Shown: positions 50,107 to 60,482, counted from the stretch's first letter. The stretch is 64,000 nucleotides of DNA from an uncultured Candidatus Rokubacteria bacterium (GCA_963708025.1 CAVPSB010000016.1:403296-467295); one strand, 5' to 3'. Program-made: numbers and translations. The notes: generated by a model from the sequence alone, not told the origin.

Positions 50107-51264
50107 ATGGACTTCCGGCCGACCGACGAGCAGCGGCTCCTGCGGCGGACGCTCCGCGACCTCGTCGAGCGGGAGATCCGACCGCGGGCGGCGGAGTGGG
50201 ACCGGAGCGGTGAGCTGCCGTGGGACAACATCCGCCGGCTGGCCGCGATCGGGATCACCGGCCTCACGATCCCCGCCGCCTACGGCGGCGGCGGCCAGAC
50301 GCTTCTCGAGGGCGTGATCGCCATCGAGGAGATCGCGCGCGGCTGCCCGAACACCGCGCTCGCCCTGATCTCCGGCACCGGCGTCGTCTCGCTCGCCCTC
50401 GCCGAGTACGGCACCGAGGCCCAGAAGCAGCGCTACCTGCCGCCCATCGCGGCGGGCACCGCGGTGTCGGCCATCTGCATGACGGAGCCCACCGCCGGCT
50501 CGGCGACCTCCCGGGTCCAGACGAACGCGCGCCGCGACGGCGACGGCTGGGTGGTCTCCGGCCGGAAGTGCATGATCAGCCGCGGGGGACTGGCCGAGTA
50601 CTACCTCGTCCTGACGCGCTTCGACGGCCAGCCCGGGCTGGAGGGGGTCGGCGCGGTGATTCTCGATCGCGGCACGCCCGGCCTCTCGTTCGGCAAGGCG
50701 GAGGACACGCTGGGCTTCCGCGGCGTGCCCGCCACCGACATGGTCATGGAGGGATGCCCCCTCCCAGTCGAGGGGGTGCTGGTCGGCCCCGGCGGGTTCC
50801 GCAAGATGATGAGCGCGTTCAACGCCCAGCGCTGCCTGAACGCGGCCATTTCGCTCGGCATCGGTCAGGCCGCCGTCGAGGCGGCGCTCGCCTACGTGCG
50901 GACGCGCGAGCCGCACGGGCACCCCGTCGCCGACTTCCAGGGGGTCCGCTGGCAGCTCGCCGACATGACGACCCGGGTGGAGGCCGCGCGCCTGCTCGTC
51001 TACCGCGCCGCCGCCAACGCCGCCCGCGGGTTCCCCTCGCGACTGGAGTCCTCGATGGGTAAGCTCTTCGCCAACGAGATGGCCCTCGAGGTGACGGACC
51101 TCGCGGTCCAGCTCCACGGCGGGTACGGCTTCAGCCGCGAGTTCCCGGTGGAGCGGCTCCTGCGCGAGGCCCGGGGCATGGTCCTGGGCGGGGGACCCCC
51201 GCAGCTCCAGCGCAACATGATCGCGGCCGAGCTGCTCAAGCGCGGCTTCCCCGCGTGGATGTGA
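50107..51264 (+). CDS. Acyl-CoA dehydrogenase family protein
   Basis: MTEPTAGS, SGRKCMIS, GFRG, FQGVRWQLADM, QLHGGYG, ERLLRE. Confidence 0.92.
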   Translation: MDFRPTDEQRLLRRTLRDLVEREIRPRAAEWDRSGELPWDNIRRLAAIGITGLTIPAAYGGGGQTLLEGVIAIEEIARGCPNTALALISGTGVVSLALAEYGTEAQKQRYLPPIAAGTAVSAICMTEPTAGSATSRVQTNARRDGDGWVVSGRKCMISRGGLAEYYLVLTRFDGQPGLEGVGAVILDRGTPGLSFGKAEDTLGFRGVPATDMVMEGCPLPVEGVLVGPGGFRKMMSAFNAQRCLNAAISLGIGQAAVEAALAYVRTREPHGHPVADFQGVRWQLADMTTRVEAARLLVYRAAANAARGFPSRLESSMGKLFANEMALEVTDLAVQLHGGYGFSREFPVERLLREARGMVLGGGPPQLQRNMIAAELLKRGFPAWM

Positions 51265-51412
51265 AGGCTGTGAAGCGATCGGTCCCTCCGGCTCCCCCCT
51301 CCCCCCGGTGCCCGCCGGAGGGACGGGAGTTCGCGAGGGCCGTAGGCCCGAGCCGTCCCGGCGATCCGGTCAATCGGGAGGGGGGCTGGGGGGGTGGGCG
51401 GGAGGTCCCGAA
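51265..51412 (+). repeat. Intergenic palindromic element, copy B
   Basis: C-run...GAGGGCCGTAGGCCCGAG...G-run...GGAGGTCCCGAA|CTGA. Confidence 0.6.
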
Positions 51413-52630
51413 CTGAGCGCGGATACCGCCAGCAAGCCCCTGCTGGACGGGTTCCGCGTCCTCGACTTCTCGCGGGTGTGGGCGGGGCCCTACTGCACGA
51501 TGATGCTGGCCGAGCTCGGCGCCGACGTCCTGAAGGTCGAGAACCCGGACGGCGGCGACGAGACCCGGAACTACCCGCCGTTCTTCACCGAGGGCGAGAG
51601 CGCCTACTTCGCGAGCTTCAATCGCGGCAAGCGCTCGATCGCCGTGAACCTCAAGCGTCCCGAGGGCCGCGCCGTCGTCCACCGGCTGGCCGAGCACGTC
51701 AACGTGGTCGTCGAGAACTTCAGCCCCGGGGTGACGGCCCGGCTCGGCATCGACCACCCCACGCTGGCGGCGATCAATCCCCGCCTCGTCTACTGCTCGA
51801 TCTCCGCGTTCGGGCAGACCGGCCCCGATCGGGAGCGAAAGGGCTACGACCCGATCCTCCAGGGGATGTCCGGGATCATGGCGCTCACCGGCGAAACCGG
51901 GCGACCGCCGGTGCGGGTCGGGGTCGCCATCGCCGACCTCTCGGGCGCCCTCTTCGGGGCGTTCTCCATCGTGACGGCGCTGCTGGCCCGCGAGCGGCAC
52001 GGCGCCGGGCAGTACATCGATCTCGCCCTGCTGGACAGCCAGGTCTCGCTCCTGGCCGTGAAGGCCGCCGAGTACCTCCACCGCGGCGTGCCGCCCCGGC
52101 GCTGGGGCGCCGGCGATCCGCACCGGGTCCCGTCGGCGGCCTACGAGACCCGGGACGGGCGCTACCTGGTGGTCATCGCGGGCGAGCAGCACTGGCCGGG
52201 CTTCTGCCGGGCCATCGAGCGGCCCGACCTCATCGACGACGCCCGGTCGCGGACGGTCCGCGACCGCCTCGCCCACCGGGACGAGCTGGAGGCGATCTTC
52301 GTGCCGATCTTCCGGGGGCGGACCGCCGCCGAGTGGCAGGCGATCCTCGACCGGCACCAGGTCCCGGCCGGGCCGGTGCAGGACCTCGAGCAGGTGTTCA
52401 CCCATCCCCAGGTCGTCGCCCGGGAGATGGTGAAGACCTACGAGGACCCGCGCGTCGGCACCGTGCGCGCCATCGACATGCCGTACCGCTTCTCGGCGGC
52501 GCCCCCCCGCGTGCTCTCCCCGCCCCCGGCCCTGGGCCAGCACACGCGGGAGATCCTCACCGGCCTGGCCGGCCTCTCGCCCCGGGAGATCGACGCGCTA
52601 CTCGCCGCCGGCGCGGCGCGCGCCGGCTGA
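51413..52630 (+). CDS. Family III CoA transferase (CaiB/BaiF); probable CTG start
   Basis: RVLDFS..WAGP, LGADVLKVE, NRGKRS, ENFSPG, SISAFGQTGP, GYD, PALGQHT. Confidence 0.92.
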   Translation: MSADTASKPLLDGFRVLDFSRVWAGPYCTMMLAELGADVLKVENPDGGDETRNYPPFFTEGESAYFASFNRGKRSIAVNLKRPEGRAVVHRLAEHVNVVVENFSPGVTARLGIDHPTLAAINPRLVYCSISAFGQTGPDRERKGYDPILQGMSGIMALTGETGRPPVRVGVAIADLSGALFGAFSIVTALLARERHGAGQYIDLALLDSQVSLLAVKAAEYLHRGVPPRRWGAGDPHRVPSAAYETRDGRYLVVIAGEQHWPGFCRAIERPDLIDDARSRTVRDRLAHRDELEAIFVPIFRGRTAAEWQAILDRHQVPAGPVQDLEQVFTHPQVVAREMVKTYEDPRVGTVRAIDMPYRFSAAPPRVLSPPPALGQHTREILTGLAGLSPREIDALLAAGAARAG

Positions 52631-52867
52631 CGCCCGAGCCGCCTCCCGCTCCCCCCGGGGCGCGGCGGTGTTTACCCTCCGGCTGCTCATCGTAAGAGCG
52701 ATCCTGCCCCTGGGTATCGTCGGTACGACCGGGGCCAGGTCGAGATACCGCCAAGGTGGTGTCGCTCCCCCTCCTCCTCGGGAGGTAGCACGACGAGCCG
52801 CCAGGTGCGGAGCGCCGGGCGCGGGGAGTGGCGTTGGCGCTTGAAGGCCGGCATGGGTTGACATACC

Positions 52868-53626
<759 letters not shown>

Positions 53627-53770
53627 ATGTATGTCCGAGCTTCGCCAGAGTTGCGCCAGGCATTCTCGGCGAGGGACCAGCCTCCGCGCGCCGGCCCAAA
53701 GGCCGAAGGCCGTCCAACAGCCGGCGCAATCGAGGGGGGGCATCGGGGGGGTCTTCCGAGACCCCCCCGA
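53627..53770 (+). repeat. Intergenic palindromic element, copy C (144 bp, stop-free and in frame with the next gene)
   Basis: GCGCCGGC...GGCCGAAGGCC...GCCGGCGC and TCGGGGGGGTCT-TCCG-AGACCCCCCCGA hairpins; fills the whole gap from stop to ATG. Confidence 0.7.
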
Positions 53771-54556
53771 ATGACCGAGATGGCCGACGCGCTCCTCGCC
53801 CTCGAGGACGTCCACACCTACTACGGCGAGGCCCACATCCTCCAGGGCATCTCGCTGAGCGTGCGCGCGGGCGAGGTCGTCACCCTCATCGGCCGCAACG
53901 GCGCCGGCAAGACGACCACGCTGCGCTCGATCATGGGCATCACCCGGCCGCGGCGCGGGCGCATCGTCCTCCGCGGCGAGGACGTCACCGGGCTGCCGAC
54001 GCACCAGATCGCGCGCCGGGGCATCGCCTGGGTGCCCGAGGAGCGCCGCGTCCTGCCCAACCTCACCGTGCTCGAGAATCTCCGACTGGGATGGCTGGGC
54101 GCGAGCCGATCGACGGCGGAGGCGACGAGCCCGGAAGGCGAATCGGATGCGCCGATGGGGGGCGCGGGCCGGGCCTCGTGGACCTCTCGCGTCGCACAGG
54201 TCTTCGAGTATTTCCCGCGGCTGCGCGAGCGGCTCGATCACCGCGGGCGTCATCTCTCGGGGGGCGAGCAGCAGATGCTGGCCATCGCGCGCGCCCTGGT
54301 GGCCCGGCCGTCCATCATGCTGGTCGACGAGCCCACCGAGGGGTTGGCCCCGCTGCTCGTGCAGAACCTCAAGGAGATCCTGGCCGCGATCAACCGCCGC
54401 GGCACCACCATCCTCCTGGTCGAGCAGGCGCTGGAGGTGGCGCTGGCGCTGGCCCATCGCGTCTACGTGATCGACCAGGGGCGCATCCAGTTCCAGGGCA
54501 CGCCGGACGAGCTCCGGCGCGATCCCGCGATCCAGCAGCGGTTCCTGGGCGTCTAG
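53771..54556 (+). CDS. ABC ATPase (LivF-like) with about 20-aa internal insertion
   Basis: GRNGAGKTT, VPEERR, LSGGEQQM, VDEPTEGLAP, VEQ. Confidence 0.92.
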   Translation: MTEMADALLALEDVHTYYGEAHILQGISLSVRAGEVVTLIGRNGAGKTTTLRSIMGITRPRRGRIVLRGEDVTGLPTHQIARRGIAWVPEERRVLPNLTVLENLRLGWLGASRSTAEATSPEGESDAPMGGAGRASWTSRVAQVFEYFPRLRERLDHRGRHLSGGEQQMLAIARALVARPSIMLVDEPTEGLAPLLVQNLKEILAAINRRGTTILLVEQALEVALALAHRVYVIDQGRIQFQGTPDELRRDPAIQQRFLGV

Positions 54557-54600
54557 GTCTAGGGAGGTCTCGCGCTCGGGGCCGGGATCGAGAAGGCCGG

Positions 54601-55059
54601 TCAGGCCATGCTGGGGCCGGCGGCGCCGCGTCGAGCCGTCACGCACCGGCAGGTGTCGATCTGGTGCAGCTCGATCAGGTTGCCGAACGGGTCGTCCAGG
54701 AAGATCTGCTGGGACTGGGGCCCGACCACGCCCTCGGCCACCCAGTACGCGACGCCGAGCCGGTCCAGCTCCCGGCGGGTCTCCTGGATGTCGGCGACGG
54801 CGAGGGCCACGTGCGGGCGCGACGGGTCCTGGTTCGGCCCCCTGGCGAACTTGCTGATCCCGTCCACGCCCATGAGGTGGATCTGGGCGGCGCCTCCCAC
54901 GTCCATCCAGTAGCCGTCGATGGTCGGGATGTAGGGCCGTCCGGGGTCGAAGGCGAGCCCGAGCACGTCCCGGTAAAAGCCGAGCGCGCGCTTCACCTCC
55001 TCGGACGCCGGCCCGATGCGGATGCCGTGGTGGTGGAGCTCAAGCACCTTGACGGCCAT
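54601..55059 (-). CDS. VOC/glyoxalase family protein
   Basis: LHHHG, FYRDVLGL, QIHL, HVALAV, FLDDPFGNLIEL, terminal CRC. Confidence 0.9.
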   Translation of the reverse strand: MAVKVLELHHHGIRIGPASEEVKRALGFYRDVLGLAFDPGRPYIPTIDGYWMDVGGAAQIHLMGVDGISKFARGPNQDPSRPHVALAVADIQETRRELDRLGVAYWVAEGVVGPQSQQIFLDDPFGNLIELHQIDTCRCVTARRGAAGPSMA

Positions 55060-56002
55060 GGAACCCTCCTCGCAGCGTCCCCCAGATTCCCCTGGGCAGG
55101 AAGAGCACGAAGGCCATGAAGACGGCGCCGATGACGAGCGGCCACGACTCGGTGACGATGGCTACCCGGTCCTCGAGAATCAGGTACGTCGCCGCCCCCA
55201 CGAACGGACCGAAGAACGTCCCGGCGCCGCCCAGCAGCGTCATGATGACGACCTGTCCCGACGTCGTCCAGTAGAGCGATTCGACGGGGACCACGGAGAG
55301 GCGGAGGGCGTCGAGGGCGCCGGCCAGCCCCGCGAACACCGCCGAGAAGGCGAACGACAGCTGCTTCACCCTCGTCACGTCGTAGCCGCAGGCGGCGGCG
55401 CGGTCGCCGTTCTCCCGGATCGCCTGGAGCACGGCCCCGAAGGGCGAGTCGAGGATGCGCTTGAGCGCGGCCACGGCGAGGCCGACCAGGACGAGCGCGA
55501 AGTAGTAGAACGCCAGCGGCGTGTCGAGCGACAGCGTGAGGCCGGGCAGGCGCACCGGCAGCACGGTGATGCCGCGGAGGCCGTCGTCGCCCCCCGTCCA
55601 GTCCGCCAGGTGGAAGGCGACGAAGTAGAGGAGCTGGGCGAACGCCAGCGTGAGCATCGAGAAGTAGATCCCGCGGCGCCGGAGGCAGAAGAAGCCGATC
55701 GCCGAGCCGACGACGAGCGGGAGCGCGATGCCGGCGCCGAGGGCGAGCCAGAGCGAGCCGACCTTGAGCTTGGCCAGCGCGATCCCGGTGCCGTAGGCGC
55801 CCAGCCCCCAGTAGGCGGCGTGACCGAACGAGAGGAGACCGGTGTAGCCGTAGAGCAGGTTGAAGCCGAGGGCGAACAGGCCGTAGATCAGCACCTGCGT
55901 GGCCAGCGCCTTGTACGGCACCAGGAAGGGGAAGACCGCGAAGAAGGCGAAGAAGGCCGGCACCGGGTGGGCGGCGATGCCGGCGGCGACGCGCCGGATC
56001 AT
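55040..56002 (-). CDS. Branched-chain amino acid ABC permease (LivM-like)
   Basis: GYTGLLSFGHA, GIYFSMLTLA, TGGDDG, SPFG..LQAIREN. Confidence 0.92.
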   Translation of the reverse strand: MIRRVAAGIAAHPVPAFFAFFAVFPFLVPYKALATQVLIYGLFALGFNLLYGYTGLLSFGHAAYWGLGAYGTGIALAKLKVGSLWLALGAGIALPLVVGSAIGFFCLRRRGIYFSMLTLAFAQLLYFVAFHLADWTGGDDGLRGITVLPVRLPGLTLSLDTPLAFYYFALVLVGLAVAALKRILDSPFGAVLQAIRENGDRAAACGYDVTRVKQLSFAFSAVFAGLAGALDALRLSVVPVESLYWTTSGQVVIMTLLGGAGTFFGPFVGAATYLILEDRVAIVTESWPLVIGAVFMAFVLFLPRGIWGTLRGGFHGRQGA

Positions 56003-56883
56003 TCGAGGAGACCGGCCTCACCGAAGAGGCCGCTCGGCCTGACCAGCAGCACCACCGCCATGACGACGAAGATCATGATCTCGGAGAGCTTGGGCGCGAA
56101 GAAGGTGGTCAGGCTGACCACCTCGCCGATGAGCACCCCCGCCACCACGGCGCCGAGCAGGCTGCCCATGCCCCCCACCACGACGACAACGAACGACTCG
56201 ATGACCATCGTGATCCCCATCTCCGGGTAGACCGGGCGCATGGGGCCGGCCAGGATCCCGGCCAGCCCGGCCAGGCCGGCGCCGATGCCGAAGACGAGGA
56301 GCCAGACGCGGCCCAGGTCGAGGCCGAGCGCGCGCACCATGAGGGGATCGCGCGAGCCGGCGCGGATGATGAGGCCGACGCTGGTCCGCTCCAGGAACAG
56401 CCAGAGGCCGATCAGCACGATCGCGGTCACCGCGATGACGAAGAGCCGGTAGCGCGGAAACGTCATGAAGCCGAGGTCGACCGCGCCGGCCAGCACGCGG
56501 GGCGGGTTGACCGTGAGCCCGATCTTGCCCCAGATGATCCTCACCGCCTCGACCATCACCAGCGAGAGGCCGAAGGTGAGCAGCAGGGCATCGTCCACCG
56601 AGCGCCCGTAGAGCGGGCGCACGAGCACCCGCTCGATGACGAGCCCCAGGGCGAAGACCATGAGCGGCGCCAGCACCAGCGACAGCCAGAAGTTGCGGGT
56701 GAGGCCGAGGAGGAAGAACCCGAAGTAGGCCCCCAGCATGTAGAGCGAGCCGTGGGCGAAGTTCACCACGGTCATGAGCCCGAAGATCAGGCTCAGGCCG
56801 GTGGCGAGCAGGACGAAGATGCCCCCCAGCACCAGGCCCGTGAAGACCTGCGCGGCCAGCGCCGTCGCCGAGACGTCGAACAC
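55999..56883 (-). CDS. Branched-chain amino acid ABC permease (LivH-like)
   Basis: GLSLIFG..VVNFAHG, YRLF, VVGGMGS, RPSGLFG. Confidence 0.92.
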   Translation of the reverse strand: MFDVSATALAAQVFTGLVLGGIFVLLATGLSLIFGLMTVVNFAHGSLYMLGAYFGFFLLGLTRNFWLSLVLAPLMVFALGLVIERVLVRPLYGRSVDDALLLTFGLSLVMVEAVRIIWGKIGLTVNPPRVLAGAVDLGFMTFPRYRLFVIAVTAIVLIGLWLFLERTSVGLIIRAGSRDPLMVRALGLDLGRVWLLVFGIGAGLAGLAGILAGPMRPVYPEMGITMVIESFVVVVVGGMGSLLGAVVAGVLIGEVVSLTTFFAPKLSEIMIFVVMAVVLLVRPSGLFGEAGLLE

Positions 56884-56886
56884 GCG

Positions 56887-58104
56887 CTAGGCTAGGCCCT
56901 TCTCGGCGCAGGTGCGGTCGAGCTCCTCGTTGGCCGGGACGAGCGACACGACCTCGAGCACGCCCCACTCGCCGCGCAGCTTGCCCGGGCCCCGGCCCTT
57001 GACGATCCAGAGATCCTGCATCGCCTTGTTGTCGCACTTCCGCCACCACTGCTTGCCCTTGTAATGGTCGTAGGTGTTGTTGGCGCGGAGCATCTCCGCC
57101 ACCTTGGCCGCGTCGGTGGACTTGGCCAGCTCGACTCCGCGGGCGACCTCCATGACGCCGCTGTAGGCGTACGCCCCGTAGTCGCCCGGCGGCATGTTGA
57201 ACTTCTTCTGGTGGGCTTCGACGTAGCGCTTGACCTGCGGGATCGTGTCGGCGAGCTCCCAGTAGAAGTTGGTGCCGCCGTAGATGCCGTCGTAGATCTC
57301 GGGTCCGCCTTCCTTGAGGGTGGGCAGCCAGTGGAGCGGCTGCACGACCGGGATCTGCTGCTTCATCCCGAACGACGCGTACTGCTTGAGGAAGGCGATG
57401 TTGTCGGCGCCCGGCGTGACGCTGAACACGGCTTCGGGCTTGGCCGCCTGGATCTTCGGCAGGTGAGCCGAGAACTCGGCCTGGCCGAGTGGGTAGGGCG
57501 TCTTGCCGATCACGGTGGCGCCGGCCTTCTTCGCCACCTCCTCGAAGACGGCGGCGTTCTGCTTGCCCCACGCGTAATCGGCGTACACGATCCACCACTT
57601 CTTGGCGACGTTCTTCACGGCCCAGCCGCCGACGGCGCGGGTGGTGATGGTCGGGTTCAACGCCTCGTGGAACGTGAGCGGACTGGTGTCGGGCTTGGCG
57701 CTGATCTCGTCGGACTGGCTGACGGAGATGAAGAGGACGCCGGACTTCTTGGTCTGCTCGTTGATCGCCATCTGCACGTGAGCGGCGAGGCCGCCGACCA
57801 CGAAGTTGACTTTCTCGTTCTCGATCAGCTCCTTGGTGCGCTGGGCGCCGATGGCCGGCTTGAGCTGGTCGTCCCGGAAGAGCACTTCGACCGTGCGCCC
57901 GAGGATGCCGCCCCTGGCGTTCAGCTCGTCCACCGCCAGCTGCGCGCCCCGCTGCTGGTCCTGGGCCAGCGCGCCGAAGGGGCCGGTCAGCGGCAGCGGA
58001 AAGCCGATCCTGATCGGCTCCTTGCTCTGCGCGCGCAGGATGGCGGGCGCCCCGAGGGCCGCGGCGCCGACTGCGGTCGTGGTGAGGAACGAGCGACGGT
58101 TCAT
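56887..58104 (-). CDS. Liv-type substrate-binding protein with Tat signal
   Basis: MNRRSFL, PLTG, GGILGR, RDDQ, ADYAWG. Confidence 0.92.
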   Translation of the reverse strand: MNRRSFLTTTAVGAAALGAPAILRAQSKEPIRIGFPLPLTGPFGALAQDQQRGAQLAVDELNARGGILGRTVEVLFRDDQLKPAIGAQRTKELIENEKVNFVVGGLAAHVQMAINEQTKKSGVLFISVSQSDEISAKPDTSPLTFHEALNPTITTRAVGGWAVKNVAKKWWIVYADYAWGKQNAAVFEEVAKKAGATVIGKTPYPLGQAEFSAHLPKIQAAKPEAVFSVTPGADNIAFLKQYASFGMKQQIPVVQPLHWLPTLKEGGPEIYDGIYGGTNFYWELADTIPQVKRYVEAHQKKFNMPPGDYGAYAYSGVMEVARGVELAKSTDAAKVAEMLRANNTYDHYKGKQWWRKCDNKAMQDLWIVKGRGPGKLRGEWGVLEVVSLVPANEELDRTCAEKGLA

Positions 58105-58238
58105 AGCCGCCTCCTTCTCTTCCAGGCGTGTCGGCCAACGCAGGTGGGTGAGCCGATGATAGGAGTGCCGGTCTGCGCGTGTCAACTCGTCGCGGCCCGC
58201 CGCCTCCCGCCGGCTGCCGGGCACAATGAGGCCGCGCG

Positions 58239-59426
58239 TCAGCTCCCGGGCTCGCCGGCGATCTTGAACATCCCGGTGTCCAGGCCCAGGGCGTGCTTGC
58301 CGAGCGTCTCCAGCATGCGATCGGGCGACGGCACCATGAGCGTGCAGGTCCTGAGATCCCGGAAGGCTCGCTCGACGGGGTGATCCCGGTAGGCGCCGCG
58401 CCCGCCCACGACCTGGATGACCTTCGACGTGACGTCGAGTCCCACCTCGGTGGCGAGATACTTGACCCGGGCGGCGAGCACCCCCCGCTCCGCGGGCGTG
58501 GCGGCGCCCCAGGCCGCCGCGGCGCTGCCCAGCACCAGCGCCACCGCGTCGAGATGGGTGGCCATGTCGCCGATGTGGCGCTGCATGGTCGGCTCGTGCG
58601 CGATGGGCAGGGGATCGGGCTTGAAGACCCGCTTCTTCGCGTAGTCCACGGCGAACGCCAGGGCGCTCTCGGCGATGGCGAGGTAGATCGCGGCGTAGCC
58701 GAGCGCGAAGCTCTCCACGACGCCGACGCGCAGCGCATCGCCGGGCTGGCCGATCACGGCGTCCCGCGGCACGCGGCAGCCGGTGAACGTGACCGACGGG
58801 CTGTACGTGCCGCGCATCCCCAGCGTGTCCCAGCGGCCGTCGGTCGCGATGCCGGGCGTGTCCGCGGGCACCAGCACGAGGAAGAGCGCCTTCATCATCT
58901 CGGACAGGCCGTCCAGCGCGCACCAGACCATGTAGTACCCGGCGCCGTTCGCCATCGTGCAGAAATGCTTGACGCCGTCGATCACGTAGCCGCCGTCGAG
59001 ATGCCGGATCGTGGTCTCCGTCAGCATGACGCGGGACAGGCTCAGCGCCGGCTCGCTTCCCCAGCTCCCGAACAACCGGCCGTGCGCGGTGACCTCGGCG
59101 AAGTAGCGGCGCTTCTGCGCGTCGGAGGCCAGCGCGTCGATGAACCGCATGACCGTGGCGTGCATGTGGAGGGTCATCGCGGTGCTCGGGCAGCCCTGGG
59201 CGATGACGCGGAGGATTTCCACGTAGGTCGGCATGTCCACGCCAAGGCCGCCGTAGGCGGCGGGGATGGTGGCGGCCAGATAGCCGGCCTCCCACAGGTC
59301 GCGCCAGCTCTCCACCGGGTTGACCGCCTCGCGATCGTAGCGAGCGGCGCGCGGCGCGATCTTGTCGCGAGTGAGCCCGGCAACCCGCTCAACGACGCGC
59401 TGCCCCTCGGCGTCGAGCGCAGCCAT
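58239..59426 (-). CDS. Acyl-CoA dehydrogenase-like flavoprotein
   Basis: HMH, GSEP, DGVKHFCT, WDTLGMRGT.S, GGRG, ERAFRD. Confidence 0.9.
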   Translation of the reverse strand: MAALDAEGQRVVERVAGLTRDKIAPRAARYDREAVNPVESWRDLWEAGYLAATIPAAYGGLGVDMPTYVEILRVIAQGCPSTAMTLHMHATVMRFIDALASDAQKRRYFAEVTAHGRLFGSWGSEPALSLSRVMLTETTIRHLDGGYVIDGVKHFCTMANGAGYYMVWCALDGLSEMMKALFLVLVPADTPGIATDGRWDTLGMRGTYSPSVTFTGCRVPRDAVIGQPGDALRVGVVESFALGYAAIYLAIAESALAFAVDYAKKRVFKPDPLPIAHEPTMQRHIGDMATHLDAVALVLGSAAAAWGAATPAERGVLAARVKYLATEVGLDVTSKVIQVVGGRGAYRDHPVERAFRDLRTCTLMVPSPDRMLETLGKHALGLDTGMFKIAGEPGS

Positions 59427-59428
59427 CG

Positions 59429-59575
59429 TCAGCTCATCGCGGCCGCTGCCGACGGACGGCGGGCGCGGCGGCAGCGGCAGGTGCCGAGCTGGTGGAGCTC
59501 GACCATGCTGCCGAAGGGATCCTTCAGGAAGACCACCCAGTAGCCCTCCACACGGCCGTGCGCGCCATTCCTCAT
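59429..59575 (-). pseudogene. 48-aa internally deleted VOC paralog
   Basis: MRNGAHGRVEGYWVVFLKDPFGSMVELHQLGTCRC... versus IDGYW and FLDDPFGNLIELHQIDTCRC of 54601-55059. Confidence 0.7.
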
Positions 59576-59591
59576 CGCCGTGGCCCCTGCG

Positions 59592-60482
59592 CTACGCGGC
59601 GGCCGGCTTCACCTCGCCGACGAGACGCTCCATCGCGCGCACCATCGCCGGCACGCCGGCGCACGGAAGGTCGAACGTCATCCACGCGGCGCCGAGAGCC
59701 CGGGCCCGGCGGATGTCGGACACGACCTCGTTCACGGAGCCCTGGAACGCCGCGCGGCCGACGCCCTTCGGAGCGTCCGTCAGATCGAGCAGGTTGCGGG
59801 GGGCCAGGCCGGGCACCTCGCGCCGCCCGCCCCGGGCGGCGAGGTCGCGCAGCGCCGCGTAGCCCTTCTCGATGTCGTCGAGACCGAGCGACAGCGGGTG
59901 CCAGGCATCGCCCAGCGCGGCGCACCGGCGGACGGCCGGCCCGGATACGGCGCCCGGCGAGCCGCCGACCCAGATCGGCGGGTGCGGCCGCTGTGCGGGG
60001 CGAGGGGAAAAGGTCGCGCCGGCGAAGCTCACGTACTCGCCCTTGTACTCGGGGACGTCGCTCGCCCAGGCGGCCTTGATCGCCCGGATGTAGTCGTCGC
60101 TGAGCCGCCCGCGCTCGCGGAACGGCAGCCGCAGGTCTGCGAACTCGGCCTCGTCCCAGCCCACGCCGACGCCGAAGATGAAGCGCCCGCCCGACACCTG
60201 GTTGACGGTCGCTGCCGCCTTGGCGGCCACCAGGGCGCTTCGGTAGGGGAGCACGATGACGCTGGCTCCGAGACGGATGCGCCGCGTCCGGCCGGCGAGA
60301 TAGCCGAGGAGCGAGAACGGATCCGGCCAGTGGCCACCGTAGTGCTGAGTGGTGGCGGGCTTGGCGAGGATGTGATCGGGGACGAAGACGCCGTCGAGAC
60401 CCAGCTCCTCCGCCCGCACCGCCAGCGACTCCGCTTCGGCGACCGTGAGCTGCCAGATCGGAAGGACGACTCCGTAGTTCAT
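59592..60482 (-). CDS. Luciferase-like monooxygenase (LLM; probably F420/FMN-dependent)
   Basis: AEELG.D..FVPDH, DPF, TRRIRLG, SGGR...GVGVGW...EF, PPIWVGG. Confidence 0.92.
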   Translation of the reverse strand: MNYGVVLPIWQLTVAEAESLAVRAEELGLDGVFVPDHILAKPATTQHYGGHWPDPFSLLGYLAGRTRRIRLGASVIVLPYRSALVAAKAAATVNQVSGGRFIFGVGVGWDEAEFADLRLPFRERGRLSDDYIRAIKAAWASDVPEYKGEYVSFAGATFSPRPAQRPHPPIWVGGSPGAVSGPAVRRCAALGDAWHPLSLGLDDIEKGYAALRDLAARGGRREVPGLAPRNLLDLTDAPKGVGRAAFQGSVNEVVSDIRRARALGAAWMTFDLPCAGVPAMVRAMERLVGEVKPAAA

